Origin: Nitrospirota bacterium
Lineage (GTDB): Bacteria > Nitrospirota > UBA9217
NCBI GenBank assembly: GCA_963790205.1
Contig: CAWBNQ010000001.1
Coordinates: 864,001-928,000 of the forward strand
Length of the DNA: 64,000 bases
Direction of reading: 5' to 3'
Of the stretch, positions 47,416 through 56,507 are shown piece after piece. The translations under genes were made by a program, and so were the position numbers. The notes under the pieces were generated by a model. The model was not told the origin of the DNA. It made no database searches and saw nothing but the letters and a program-made list of their open reading frames with translations. Every line of letters starts with the position of its first letter. Positions within the stretch are counted from its first letter, which is position 1.

Positions 47416-48285
47416 TTGAACAACAAAACGCTCATTAGCCTGTCCGTGATCTTTGCCGCTTTGGTCGTCCTTTTTCAGCTTTCCGCGAAGAAACAGCCCT
47501 CCGACGATGAGACGAACATGTTTGAGGCCGTGAGCCGCCCGCTCCAGTGGCAGGGAAAGCGTGCGCCGGACTTTGCCGTCGACTTCCTGAACGGAGAAAA
47601 ATTTACGCTCTCTGAAGAGGTCGGCAAAAAAGTGATCATCCTTAACTTCTTCGCCACTTGGTGCGGCCCCTGCAAGGAGGAAATGCCGGAGTTCGTCCGG
47701 TATTTCGACAAGCACAAGGACGAGCCCTTTCTCATGATCGGCATCGATGCCGACGAACCCGAAAGCCCGGTCCGGGATTTCGTGCGCGATAACGGCGTGA
47801 CCTACCCGGTCTCCATCGACCGGCACGGGAAACTGCAGAGGGCCTTCTCAATCAGGGCGTTCCCGACGACGGTGTTCATCGGGACCGACGGCGTCGTCCA
47901 GATCTACGAGGTCGGCCAGATCAGGAACGCGGACATAGCCTTTGATCCCCTGCTCGCGGCCGGCCTCGCTGCGGCGCGGGCGGGAACGGGCATTACGAAA
48001 GAGGCCTTCCTCGCGAAACAGGAGCAGAAGGGGAGCGAGGGGGCGCAAGCGGCCGAAGAGCAGTCGCCCCGGGAAAAGAACGAAGACGAGGGGCCGCAGC
48101 TTGCGGGGCGGGTCCGGACCATCGCTGAAAAGATGAATTGCCCCTGCGGGTGCACACACACCCTCATGGAGTGCACGTGCAAGACAGCCAAGGACATCAA
48201 AGAGCAGCTGGTAAAGCGCGACTGGTCCGCGATGAGCGATGAAGAAGTCATAAAAACCCTCAACCGGGAGTTCTGCATGAAATGA
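47416..48285 (+). CDS. TlpA-type thiol-disulfide oxidoreductase fused to a Cys-rich CcmH-like C-terminal domain
   Basis: NFFATWCGPCKEEMP, FPTTVFI; C-terminal MNCPCGCTHTLMECTC; TTG start at 47416. Confidence 0.85.
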   Translation: MNNKTLISLSVIFAALVVLFQLSAKKQPSDDETNMFEAVSRPLQWQGKRAPDFAVDFLNGEKFTLSEEVGKKVIILNFFATWCGPCKEEMPEFVRYFDKHKDEPFLMIGIDADEPESPVRDFVRDNGVTYPVSIDRHGKLQRAFSIRAFPTTVFIGTDGVVQIYEVGQIRNADIAFDPLLAAGLAAARAGTGITKEAFLAKQEQKGSEGAQAAEEQSPREKNEDEGPQLAGRVRTIAEKMNCPCGCTHTLMECTCKTAKDIKEQLVKRDWSAMSDEEVIKTLNREFCMK

Positions 48286-49199
48286 TGATAACCGCCCAGA
48301 ACCTATCGGTGTTTTTCGGCAGGGGTTTTTTTAAGCCGAAGATCCGGGCGCTCGACTCCTTCTCGCTCACGGTAGAGGAGGGGGACATCTTTGCCCTCCT
48401 CGGGCCGAACGGCGCGGGAAAGTCTACGGCCATGTACTGCTTCCTCGGCCTCGTACGCCCGGACAACGGCACCATCTCGGTGCTCGGCAAAAAGCCGGAG
48501 CCCGGCTCGCGCCTGTTCCGGGAGATCGCCTATCTTCCCGAAGAGCCGCACTATCATCTCTACCTGACCGTGGAAGAAGCGGTCACTTATTACGCCAGGC
48601 TGCACGGCAGCGGTGCGGGCAAGCAGGAGGTCAACAAGGCCATCGAGCGTGTCGGCATGACCGAGTTCAGGGACCTGCGGCTTTCGAAGTGTTCGAAGGG
48701 CATGAAGCAGAAGGTCGGGATCGCCCAGTGCCTCATCAACAAGCCCCGGCTCGTGTTTTTGGACGAGCCGACGCGCGGTCTCGATCCCATCGCGGTAAAA
48801 GAGTTCAGGGATATCCTGGTCGGGATGAACAGGGCCGGGACCACCATCGTCCTCAACTCGCACGTCCTCTCCGAGATCGAGATGGTCTGTAACCGCGCGG
48901 CGATCATGGACAGGGGCAAGGTCATTGTGCAGGATGAGATGAACCGCCTGCGCGGCACGGGCCTGGAGACCTACCTGGTAGAGTTCGACCTCATGGAGCC
49001 CGTGCCAGAGTGCGTGCGCGTCACGGTCAAGACGCCGACCACGGTCAAGGGCGAGGTTCCGGCGAAGCGGCTTGCGGAGTTCGTGCAGCAGGTGGACGGG
49101 TCGGGCAAACGGATCTATGAATGCTCGCTCAAGAGGCTTTCGCTCGAAGACTCGTTCTTCAAGATCCTGAAAGGAAAGCACGACCGTCAAAACATTTGA
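48282..49199 (+). CDS. ABC transporter ATP-binding protein
   Basis: GPNGAGKST, CSKGMKQK, FLDEPTRGLD, NSH. Confidence 0.95.
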   Translation: MMITAQNLSVFFGRGFFKPKIRALDSFSLTVEEGDIFALLGPNGAGKSTAMYCFLGLVRPDNGTISVLGKKPEPGSRLFREIAYLPEEPHYHLYLTVEEAVTYYARLHGSGAGKQEVNKAIERVGMTEFRDLRLSKCSKGMKQKVGIAQCLINKPRLVFLDEPTRGLDPIAVKEFRDILVGMNRAGTTIVLNSHVLSEIEMVCNRAAIMDRGKVIVQDEMNRLRGTGLETYLVEFDLMEPVPECVRVTVKTPTTVKGEVPAKRLAEFVQQVDGSGKRIYECSLKRLSLEDSFFKILKGKHDRQNI

Positions 49200-49308
49200 A
49201 CCGCGAAGGCGTAGGCTGCAGGAGCGTAATCGCGGCCATAACGAAGGACGCGAAGGCTTTAAGTACTTTATTGCGTCACCTCTTGAATTTTGAGTTTTTG
49301 AAGAAAAA

Positions 49309-49397
49309 ATTTGCCGCAAAAGGGCGCAAAAAGCGCAAAGGGAAATAAAAAATCATCCTGATTTTTTTGTGAACTTTGCGCTTCTTTGCGGCAAAAA
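49309..49397. repeat. 9-mer-period palindromic element between the ABC ATPase and permease genes
   Basis: TTGCCGCAAAAGGGCGCAAAAAGCGCAAAG ... TTTTTGTGAACTTTGCGCTTCTTTGCGGCAA inverted arms. Confidence 0.7.
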
Positions 49398-49575
49398 TGC
49401 TTTTTAATTTTGCCTTGTCCCCATAAGGCTAAGAATCAGAAAATCTTGTCGGTCAGAGGCAATGCCTCGTTAAGCTTTAAACCCGATAGAGAGCTTCCTT
49501 GGCACGCGGAGCCCGCCTCGAATGTCTTCATCGGGGGCGCCCTCGCGGTAACAAGCTTTTCAAAAGGAGATTGAC

Positions 49576-50388
49576 GTGTACCAGCAGGTCCTCGCGAACA
49601 TCCGGACGAACCTCATCTTCTACCGCAGGAACCGGCTCCTCATCGCGGCCGTGGTCTTCATCGTGCTGGTCCTGGGGCTCACGACCCTGTCGTCGTTCTT
49701 CTTCCTGTCCAATACCCAGCACTTGGAGCAACTGCGGCAGCTCTTCACCACGGTGAACAGATTCGCGCTGGTCCTGACCGGGGGGCTCGGCCTTGTCCTC
49801 ATTTCACAGCACATCAGGGACCGCTCGATCAAGATGGTCTTCACCAAACCCTGCCTGCCCGAGACGTGGCTCCTGTCGAGCTATCTTTCGGCGGCGCTTG
49901 TGGCTTTCGTTCTCTATACCGGATCGTTTCTGATCGCCTCGGTCCTCTCCCTGGCCTGGAAGATCCCGTATCCCTCAGGCATCCTCTTCATCTCCGTCAA
50001 TCAGTTCTTCCAGACCATAAGCCTCATGGCCTACGCCACGTTCCTCTCCGTCATCCTCCATCCCGCGCTCGCGGCCCTGGTCCTTCTCGTGTTCCGGGAA
50101 GGGCTTCTCTACACTCTCAAGATAATCCTGGCGAGCGGCATCAAGGCGGCAGGCGCCAAGCCGTTCGTGCCGTTCCTCAAGTTCGTGAAGCTGTTTGTGG
50201 ACACAGCCTACCTGGTCCTTCCTACCTTCAACCCCTACGCGGAAAAGACCGCCCCGGTCTACTCGAGCCTCCGCGGCTCGGACGCGGACTGGAACTACCT
50301 TTTCCCGGCCATTGCCTATGCGCTCACGGTCTCGGCGCTGTTCTATTTCCTGACGGTGTACGCGCTCAAGAAGAAGAGATATGTGTGA
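49576..50388 (+). CDS. ABC-2-type permease
   Basis: About 6 TM helices, IRDRSIKMVFTKP loop; GTG start behind AAGGAG. Confidence 0.82.
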   Translation: MYQQVLANIRTNLIFYRRNRLLIAAVVFIVLVLGLTTLSSFFFLSNTQHLEQLRQLFTTVNRFALVLTGGLGLVLISQHIRDRSIKMVFTKPCLPETWLLSSYLSAALVAFVLYTGSFLIASVLSLAWKIPYPSGILFISVNQFFQTISLMAYATFLSVILHPALAALVLLVFREGLLYTLKIILASGIKAAGAKPFVPFLKFVKLFVDTAYLVLPTFNPYAEKTAPVYSSLRGSDADWNYLFPAIAYALTVSALFYFLTVYALKKKRYV

Positions 50389-50524
50389 AATAAAAAAAGG
50401 ATGGATGCGCTGAGTGTTTCAGTTTGCGATCCGCGCTATTATGGAGATAGAGCTATCAGAGGCGATTGAAAACGCACCTGAACAGCGTATCAACCGGCAT
50501 ATGAGAAGAGAGGAGGCCCCATAC

Positions 50525-50896
50525 ATGGCAACCAGAATGAGCATCGCCGCTGTTGTGTTTGCGCTTTGCGTCTCGTACGCAATCGCCGGGGAACAGCTCG
50601 GCGTCGCTGTTTATCCGGGAGCGACCTACGATCAAGTCATGACGGAAGTGCTAAAAAAATCACCGGGGATTGAAGGGGCAGCGTACCGGACCGACGACAC
50701 TCTGGCCCGCGTCGCGGAGTTTTACCGGAAGCAAGGACTGCTCCTCCTGCGGCTCGGCGACCCGACGAAAGAGCTCGCACGTTTCAAGAAGACCGATACG
50801 GGCGTTGATGTCATCGTACGGAACCCCTGGAAGGACCCGTACACGGGCGCGAAAATGAAGGGCACCCTCATCATGATCATTCAAAGCCGGGAGTAG
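50525..50896 (+). CDS. Exported hypothetical protein
   Basis: Signal peptide AIA-G; LGVAVYPGA...YRTDD...VAEFYRK; RBS GAGGAGG. Confidence 0.75.
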   Translation: MATRMSIAAVVFALCVSYAIAGEQLGVAVYPGATYDQVMTEVLKKSPGIEGAAYRTDDTLARVAEFYRKQGLLLLRLGDPTKELARFKKTDTGVDVIVRNPWKDPYTGAKMKGTLIMIIQSRE

Positions 50897-51121
50897 AGAG
50901 TTCGGTCCGTTCGCAGGCAGGGCAGGAGAACGATTACGCCGAGCGTCGTTCCGGCAGTACCGGCGCTATGATCAGGAGCGCCATGGTCCTCAACCTCGCC
51001 GGAGACCTTAACGAGAAGGGAAGCCACGCTCCGGCCCCTGACGTTACTGATAACGCTCCCCTTGACGTTGAACCTGCATTCCGATATGATTCCTGTACGT
51101 TGATCCACGTCCCCTATTCCT

Positions 51122-52282
51122 ATGCCGACAGACAAATCCATATTCGGTCTTCGCTTCGGGTCGAACGCAGAACTCCAGCCGACGCGGGAGGAGCTCAGGG
51201 TTTTTCTCAAGAGCCTGAAAACGGAAGGTAAGCGGGAACCGCACGGCGACGACCTGGCCTCCTATCGAGAGATGCTCGCCAGACTTGAAACGTTCGAGCG
51301 CGAGCGGCAGCTGGATGCGGCGCCGCAGAATTTCCGGGGGAAAATGTTCTACGGCGTGCTCGGTCAATCCTGCTTTTTCAACTCCTCGCTCAAGTCGGCG
51401 GTGGAGCAGTATGAATATCACCTTCGCGCCCTCATAACGCTCGATTTCAGGAAACCGACGGCCTTCATCAAGTCCGCCGAGGAAGAGCTGGGCAGGCTCA
51501 ACCCGAAAAAAAAGGATGATGCAATCAAGCTGTCCAAACTTCAAGGCATGGTTGACGAGCGGAAGCGGGCGGTCGAGTTACTCAGAAAACGCCGGGCAAT
51601 CCTGGCCGCGGAGCTTTGCGATATTGCGCGCTACATCAGGGACAACCTGGTCAAGATCGAGAAACTCTGTGAAGGGTCGATTGTCGTCCTCGTGGACGTT
51701 CAGCTCCGGCAAAAGAAGGAAAACCAGCTGATCGAGGACGTCAAAACGCAGTTCAAGGAGCGGCTCAGGGACTCCCTGCACCAGGGATCGATCACCCGTC
51801 AGGAGCTCGAGAGCGTTAAAGAGGACGTCAACCTGCTCTCGAAGGAGATATCGGCCCTTATCCGGGAGGACGTGTACGCCATGACGGGGTTGTTCGAGGC
51901 CATTCACGGCCACGCGAAAAAGATCGCCCGCGAGGTCGACACCCTGTTGGCGCAAACGGGCGGCGCAGGGAACAGAGGCTTTGAAGAGGAGGCCGGGCTT
52001 TTCGCGCAGATCGAACGCGCTCTGGTGTCGCTCGTTTCGGAATACCGCTTCGAGCTGAAGGCAGCGGAAATCCGCACCCAAACCGCGTACGAGGATATCT
52101 TCCTGGAAATAAGGAGGGGGATGCTCGCCTACCTCTTTGATCTGCTGGAAAAAGAACGCCGGCTTTCGGCTAATCGAAGATCGGCCGCGGACCGGAGGAG
52201 GTTCAACGCCCCGAACCGCAAGGGCTTGGAACGGAGAAGCGGAAAAGACAGAAGGTCCGGAAAGAACCGCAGAGATCAGTAA
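51122..52282 (+). CDS. Coiled-coil hypothetical protein with a C-terminal ERR/DRR repeat tail
   Basis: 386-aa helical ORF ending ERRLSANRRSAADRR...ERRSGKDRRSGKNRR. Confidence 0.75.
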   Translation: MPTDKSIFGLRFGSNAELQPTREELRVFLKSLKTEGKREPHGDDLASYREMLARLETFERERQLDAAPQNFRGKMFYGVLGQSCFFNSSLKSAVEQYEYHLRALITLDFRKPTAFIKSAEEELGRLNPKKKDDAIKLSKLQGMVDERKRAVELLRKRRAILAAELCDIARYIRDNLVKIEKLCEGSIVVLVDVQLRQKKENQLIEDVKTQFKERLRDSLHQGSITRQELESVKEDVNLLSKEISALIREDVYAMTGLFEAIHGHAKKIAREVDTLLAQTGGAGNRGFEEEAGLFAQIERALVSLVSEYRFELKAAEIRTQTAYEDIFLEIRRGMLAYLFDLLEKERRLSANRRSAADRRRFNAPNRKGLERRSGKDRRSGKNRRDQ

Positions 52283-52344
52283 CCCTTTCCCCGCGTTGTC
52301 GAGCGGGCGCCTGAGAGACGGATTTTTCTCAGAGCATCCCCGTG

Positions 52345-52653
52345 TTATCTTTCTTTCGAGCTTACCTGGAGGTCGGAACCGTTATAAATATAATCGGCGA
52401 TTTCCTCCGCTGCGCGGTCGGAGATTTTGTCCTTGTCGAATTTCGGCATGACGGCAGGAGGGTTCCTTAAGACCCCCGGGATGTTTTTTACGGCTTTCAG
52501 TTTCGCGATGTCGCGATGACATGCGGAACAATGCCTCTTGAACAGCACCTCTCCCTGCGGTCCGCAGATGGACACGCCGGAGGGACTTGCCGCGATGTTT
52601 AACGCAAAGAATAGGAGAACGGCCGGGAGCGCCAACGATACGATTTTTTTCAC
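52345..52653 (-). CDS. Monoheme class I cytochrome c
   Basis: Signal peptide, GEVLFKRHCSACH, MPKF distal Met; probable GTG start at 52653. Confidence 0.8.
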   Translation of the reverse strand: MKKIVSLALPAVLLFFALNIAASPSGVSICGPQGEVLFKRHCSACHRDIAKLKAVKNIPGVLRNPPAVMPKFDKDKISDRAAEEIADYIYNGSDLQVSSKER

Positions 52654-52889
52654 GTTTTGATTCCTTATCAGGGAGTAGAATGCAGCAGCAACGTGCGCAG
52701 ACTGATGCGACATCATAAACCGTCTCAATCGATGGAACGGTTCATCAGTTTGAGCGTCGCGTATAATACTAAAATATGAGACCTTTGGCAAGTAAATTTG
52801 ACCTTCCGTGCTGCAATTATCCAGGAATATTCGCGGTGAAAAAAGCGCTGCGTTATCGTTGCCGGATCGATGCGCGTTGTGTCGGGAAA

Positions 52890-53075
52890 AGCCGCCGGCG
52901 ATGAACTCCTCGCGCGTGTATCCGGTCACGTCCTCGACGGCTTTGTTCACATGTTCCACCCTAGCCGTTTCAGTTTCCATGATCACCACGAGGTCCGCGG
53001 CTTGCTCGACGGTAAGGGCGAGTTTTTAAAGCAGCTCTTCGGAGCGGTTCCGCTCGGTCACGTCGTGTGTGACGA
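52890..53075 (-). pseudogene. PAC-PAS sensor fragment with an in-frame stop
   Basis: VTHDVTERNRSEELL*KLALTVEQAADLVVIM..VEHVNKAVEDVTGYTREEFI; TAA at 53026-53028. Confidence 0.75.
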
Positions 53076-53239
53076 CGAAAAAGCCCCGGAGGCCGCTTTT
53101 TTATTTTGAGCGGGCACGTGCCGGAGCTTGTCTACCGTCTCCGTAATTGACAAGCGTTTTTCACGATGCTTGCAAATCCCCGGCAAAGACGTACCTTTCT
53201 CTTTATTTTTTCAGCCGTCTGCTGTATTATTCATTCACC

Positions 53240-54358
53240 ATGAACAAGGCATCGCATCTCTCCCAGGAGGAATTGAAGTCTCTGGCAGCGAACGTGGGCA
53301 AGCTGTCGGCGCTGCTCACGAAAGAGCGCGAGAGCCTTCCCGCTGCGTACCTCAGGGACCCGGGGCTCCGGTCGGCCTACGTGCGTTATTATCTCCCGAC
53401 GAACATGAAGAAGGTCCACCTGGCCCTGACGGACCTCTCGCTCCACGCGGAGTGGCTCCTGTCCAAGGACCGGCTCCGGGTCCTCGATCTCGGCGCGGGC
53501 CCGGGCACGGCCCTGCTCGGCCTGCTTGCGTTTTTCGCCCAGCGGCCGCAGCGTCCGGCCCTCGCGTGCGTGGCAGTGGACCGGGTGGCGGAGAACCTGC
53601 GCGTGGCGGAGGAGCTGTTCGCAGCGTACCGCGCCAACAAGGCGCTCGACGCCACGCTCACGGTTGCGCGCGCGGACCTCGAAGCTGCGGAACAGGTCGT
53701 CGAAGGGCCCTTCGATCTCATCCTGATCTCGAACGTACTGAATGAGTTGTATCCTTTCGACGAGGACCGGGTCGTCAAGCGGACCGCTCTCGTGCGGGCC
53801 GTCCTCACGCGGTTTCTTGCTGACAACGGGAGCTGCATCATCATCGAACCCGCCCTGCGCGAGACCGCGCGGGAACTGCACGATGTCAGGGACGGCCTCC
53901 TGGAGCAGGGCTTCCTTGTCTATTCCCCCTGTCTTGCCAGCACGCTCTGCCCGGCGCGCGAGAACCCCCGGGACTGGTGCCATGAAGACATTCCCTGGGA
54001 CCCGCCCGCGCTGATCAAGGAGATCGACCGTCTTACCGGGCTCCGGAAGGACTCGCTCAAATTTTCCTATCTTGTGCTCCGGAAGGACGGACGCTCGCTG
54101 GCCGACCTGTTCGGCCGGGACTCGTTCCGCGTGGTGAGCGAACCGCTCGTGACCAAGGGCAAGATGGAATTCTACATCTGCGGCGCGAAAGGACGGAAGC
54201 TGGTAACGAGGCTCGACAAGAACAGGACCGAGGGGAACCGGTTCTTTGAGATGCTGAAGCGCGGCGCCATAGTCGGGTTTGAACGTCTGATCGATGAAGG
54301 GACGCGCTATAAGATAGAACCGACGACCGCGGTGATCATCCATAAGCATGCATCGTAA
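53240..54358 (+). CDS. Rsm22/METTL17-like SAM-dependent methyltransferase
   Basis: AYVRYYLP, VLDLGAGPGT, SNVLNEL, IIEPA, SPC...CP...DWCH, KFSYLVL. Confidence 0.85.
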   Translation: MNKASHLSQEELKSLAANVGKLSALLTKERESLPAAYLRDPGLRSAYVRYYLPTNMKKVHLALTDLSLHAEWLLSKDRLRVLDLGAGPGTALLGLLAFFAQRPQRPALACVAVDRVAENLRVAEELFAAYRANKALDATLTVARADLEAAEQVVEGPFDLILISNVLNELYPFDEDRVVKRTALVRAVLTRFLADNGSCIIIEPALRETARELHDVRDGLLEQGFLVYSPCLASTLCPARENPRDWCHEDIPWDPPALIKEIDRLTGLRKDSLKFSYLVLRKDGRSLADLFGRDSFRVVSEPLVTKGKMEFYICGAKGRKLVTRLDKNRTEGNRFFEMLKRGAIVGFERLIDEGTRYKIEPTTAVIIHKHAS

Positions 54359-54500
54359 GCCGGACAAGCCGGGACCAAAGGCGTCTTACGCAAAGATGCC
54401 AAAGGCACGAAGGGGATGTGCAAAAAAAGGATCTTGAACTTACAAAACAGCTTTCAGGAAGTTCGTGCCCCTTTTTCTTTACCGCCATTCACGCTCTTGT

Positions 54501-54671
54501 CACCTTTTTTGCGTGCCCAAGAAAGGTGACCCAAAGAAGGGCACCCGGCGAAAATTTTTTACCGGCATGCTCGGTCGTCCTCGGTACATTTCGGAAACTC
54601 GCCCTTCGGGCTCAGACATCCGAAATGCTTAACCCTCGGACTCGGTCGCCTGCCTGAAATTTTTGCATGGG
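54501..54671. repeat. MITE/REP-like structured intergenic element
   Basis: CACCTTTTTTGCGTGCCCAAGAAAGGTG and CCCAAAGAAGGG hairpins; CATTTCGGAAACTCGCCCTTCGGGCTCAGACATCCGAAATG nested hairpin. Confidence 0.6.
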
Positions 54672-54784
54672 ACTTTTCTGATAGTCATCTGGTGTTCTCC
54701 GCGCACTCCGCGCCTCCGCGAGAAAATATCTTTTCGTGATTGTTTCTTGCTTTCATCCTGCATTTCCCGTACTATTTCCCATCT

Positions 54785-55300
54785 ATGAGCAGATACCGAC
54801 CACCTCAAAAACCCGGATCGAAATACATCACCCCCGAAGGCCGGAAGCGGCTCTCCGACGAGTTCGAATTCCTCTGGCATACCAGGCGGCCGGAGGTGAC
54901 GGCGGCGCTTGCCGCGGCCGCTGCGGAAGGCGACCGGTCCGAGAACGCCGAGTACATCTACCGCAAAAAGCAGCTCCGCGAGATCGACGCCCGGATGCAC
55001 CACTTGAAGGAGCGGCTCGAGCATATCGTGGTCGTGGACAGCACGCCCGACGATCGGTCGCGGGTGTTCTTCGGCGCCTGGGTGCGGCTCGAGGACGAAG
55101 AGGGCAACGTCAGCGAGTACCGCATCGTGGGGCCCGACGAGTCCGACCATGCCAAAGGGCTCATCAGCATGGATTCTCCCATGGCGCGCGCCTTGATGAA
55201 AAAGACCGAAGGCGACGAGGTCATGGTGAAGCGGCCCAAGGGAGAAGCGGTGTTCACGATCGTAAAGGTGCAGTACAAGTCGTTTGAGTGCAAGCCGTGA
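54785..55300 (+). CDS. greB: Transcription elongation factor GreB
   Basis: YITPEG, AAAEGDRSENAEYIYRKKQLREID, VFFGAWV, ISMDSPMARAL. Confidence 0.93.
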   Translation: MSRYRPPQKPGSKYITPEGRKRLSDEFEFLWHTRRPEVTAALAAAAAEGDRSENAEYIYRKKQLREIDARMHHLKERLEHIVVVDSTPDDRSRVFFGAWVRLEDEEGNVSEYRIVGPDESDHAKGLISMDSPMARALMKKTEGDEVMVKRPKGEAVFTIVKVQYKSFECKP

Positions 55301-55530
55301 GGAACTGAGATTTATCGCTGGCCCCGACCAAAGGAAAGCTGGGCGGAAAATAAAATGACCCCGCTCAACCTAGTATAAGTATCCGACGCATAACGTCGGA
55401 CTTCGGTTAAGCAGGGTCAAAATCTACCTAATTTATACATTGCTTTTTAAAGGCTGTCAAATGATTTTGTGAAAAAGTTTCTCGTGTAAGCGAGAATAGC
55501 CCCGCCCGTGGCCCCCGACAAGAATAACCA

Positions 55531-56241
55531 ATGAACCTCATTCTTCTCTTTAAAGACGATTTTATAGATGGCATGAACCGCGTGAGGCTTACCGGACGAC
55601 GCCTGAGGCACGTGCTTGATGTGCATCGCGCTTCCGTGGGGGACGAACTCTGCGTGGGATTGGTGAATGACCGGATCGGCACAGGGAAGGTCATTGCTCT
55701 CAGTGAATCGGTCCTTGAAATCGACGTAAGCTTCGAGCGCATGCCGCCGCAGGCGCTTCCCGTCGTTCTCATCCTTGCCCTGCCGCGGCCCAAGGCGCTT
55801 CGGCGTGTGCTCCGCGCTGCAAGCAGCATGGGAGTAAAGAAAATGATCCTTCTCAACTCCTTCAGGGTCGAGAAAAGCTACTGGAGCAGTCCCGTGCTGG
55901 GCCCCGGGAGCATACACGAACAGCTTGTCCTTGGCCTTGAACAATCCCGCGATACCGTGCTGCCCGAGGTCCGGCTCCGGCCGCTGTTCAAGCCCTTTGT
56001 CGAGGATGAACTGCCGGATCTTGTAAAAGGAACGCTCGCTCTTGTCGCCCATCCGAATGCTTCTCCAGAATTCCCCCGTACTGTTGATCGCCCGGTGACG
56101 CTCGTTATCGGACCTGAAGGCGGGTTCATCCCCTATGAAATAGACAAGCTTATTGCCGCCGGATTTACGGCCGCGAGCGCGGGCGATCGGATCTTGAGCG
56201 TTGAGTCCGTGGTACCTGCCCTGCTTGCAAGGCTATTTTAA
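55531..56241 (+). CDS. rsmE: 16S rRNA m3U1498 methyltransferase (RsmE family)
   Basis: LALPRPK, VEKSYW, GLEQSRDT, IGPEGGF, RILSVE. Confidence 0.9.
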   Translation: MNLILLFKDDFIDGMNRVRLTGRRLRHVLDVHRASVGDELCVGLVNDRIGTGKVIALSESVLEIDVSFERMPPQALPVVLILALPRPKALRRVLRAASSMGVKKMILLNSFRVEKSYWSSPVLGPGSIHEQLVLGLEQSRDTVLPEVRLRPLFKPFVEDELPDLVKGTLALVAHPNASPEFPRTVDRPVTLVIGPEGGFIPYEIDKLIAAGFTAASAGDRILSVESVVPALLARLF

Positions 56242-56507
56242 GAGATCGCCGCTTCGGGCGGCCCCCCATCGCGTCCCGCGCCCCCGGGTAACCTGAAAGA
56301 GGCTCTTAAAAAAAACAGTAAATTTTGGGCAGGAATTGGTGTATGATATAACCTTCGTTTCGAACAATCCTCCCTCAGGAGAGGCAAGTTTGAAGGATGA
56401 AGTTTGAAGGGTGAATTTAAGAGGAGGAAGGCCCGGGGACGAATGTACTCCCTGAACCACCCTGTTCTCTGGTGGTGGCTTTTGACAATACGTCCGGGGG
56501 CGCGCGA

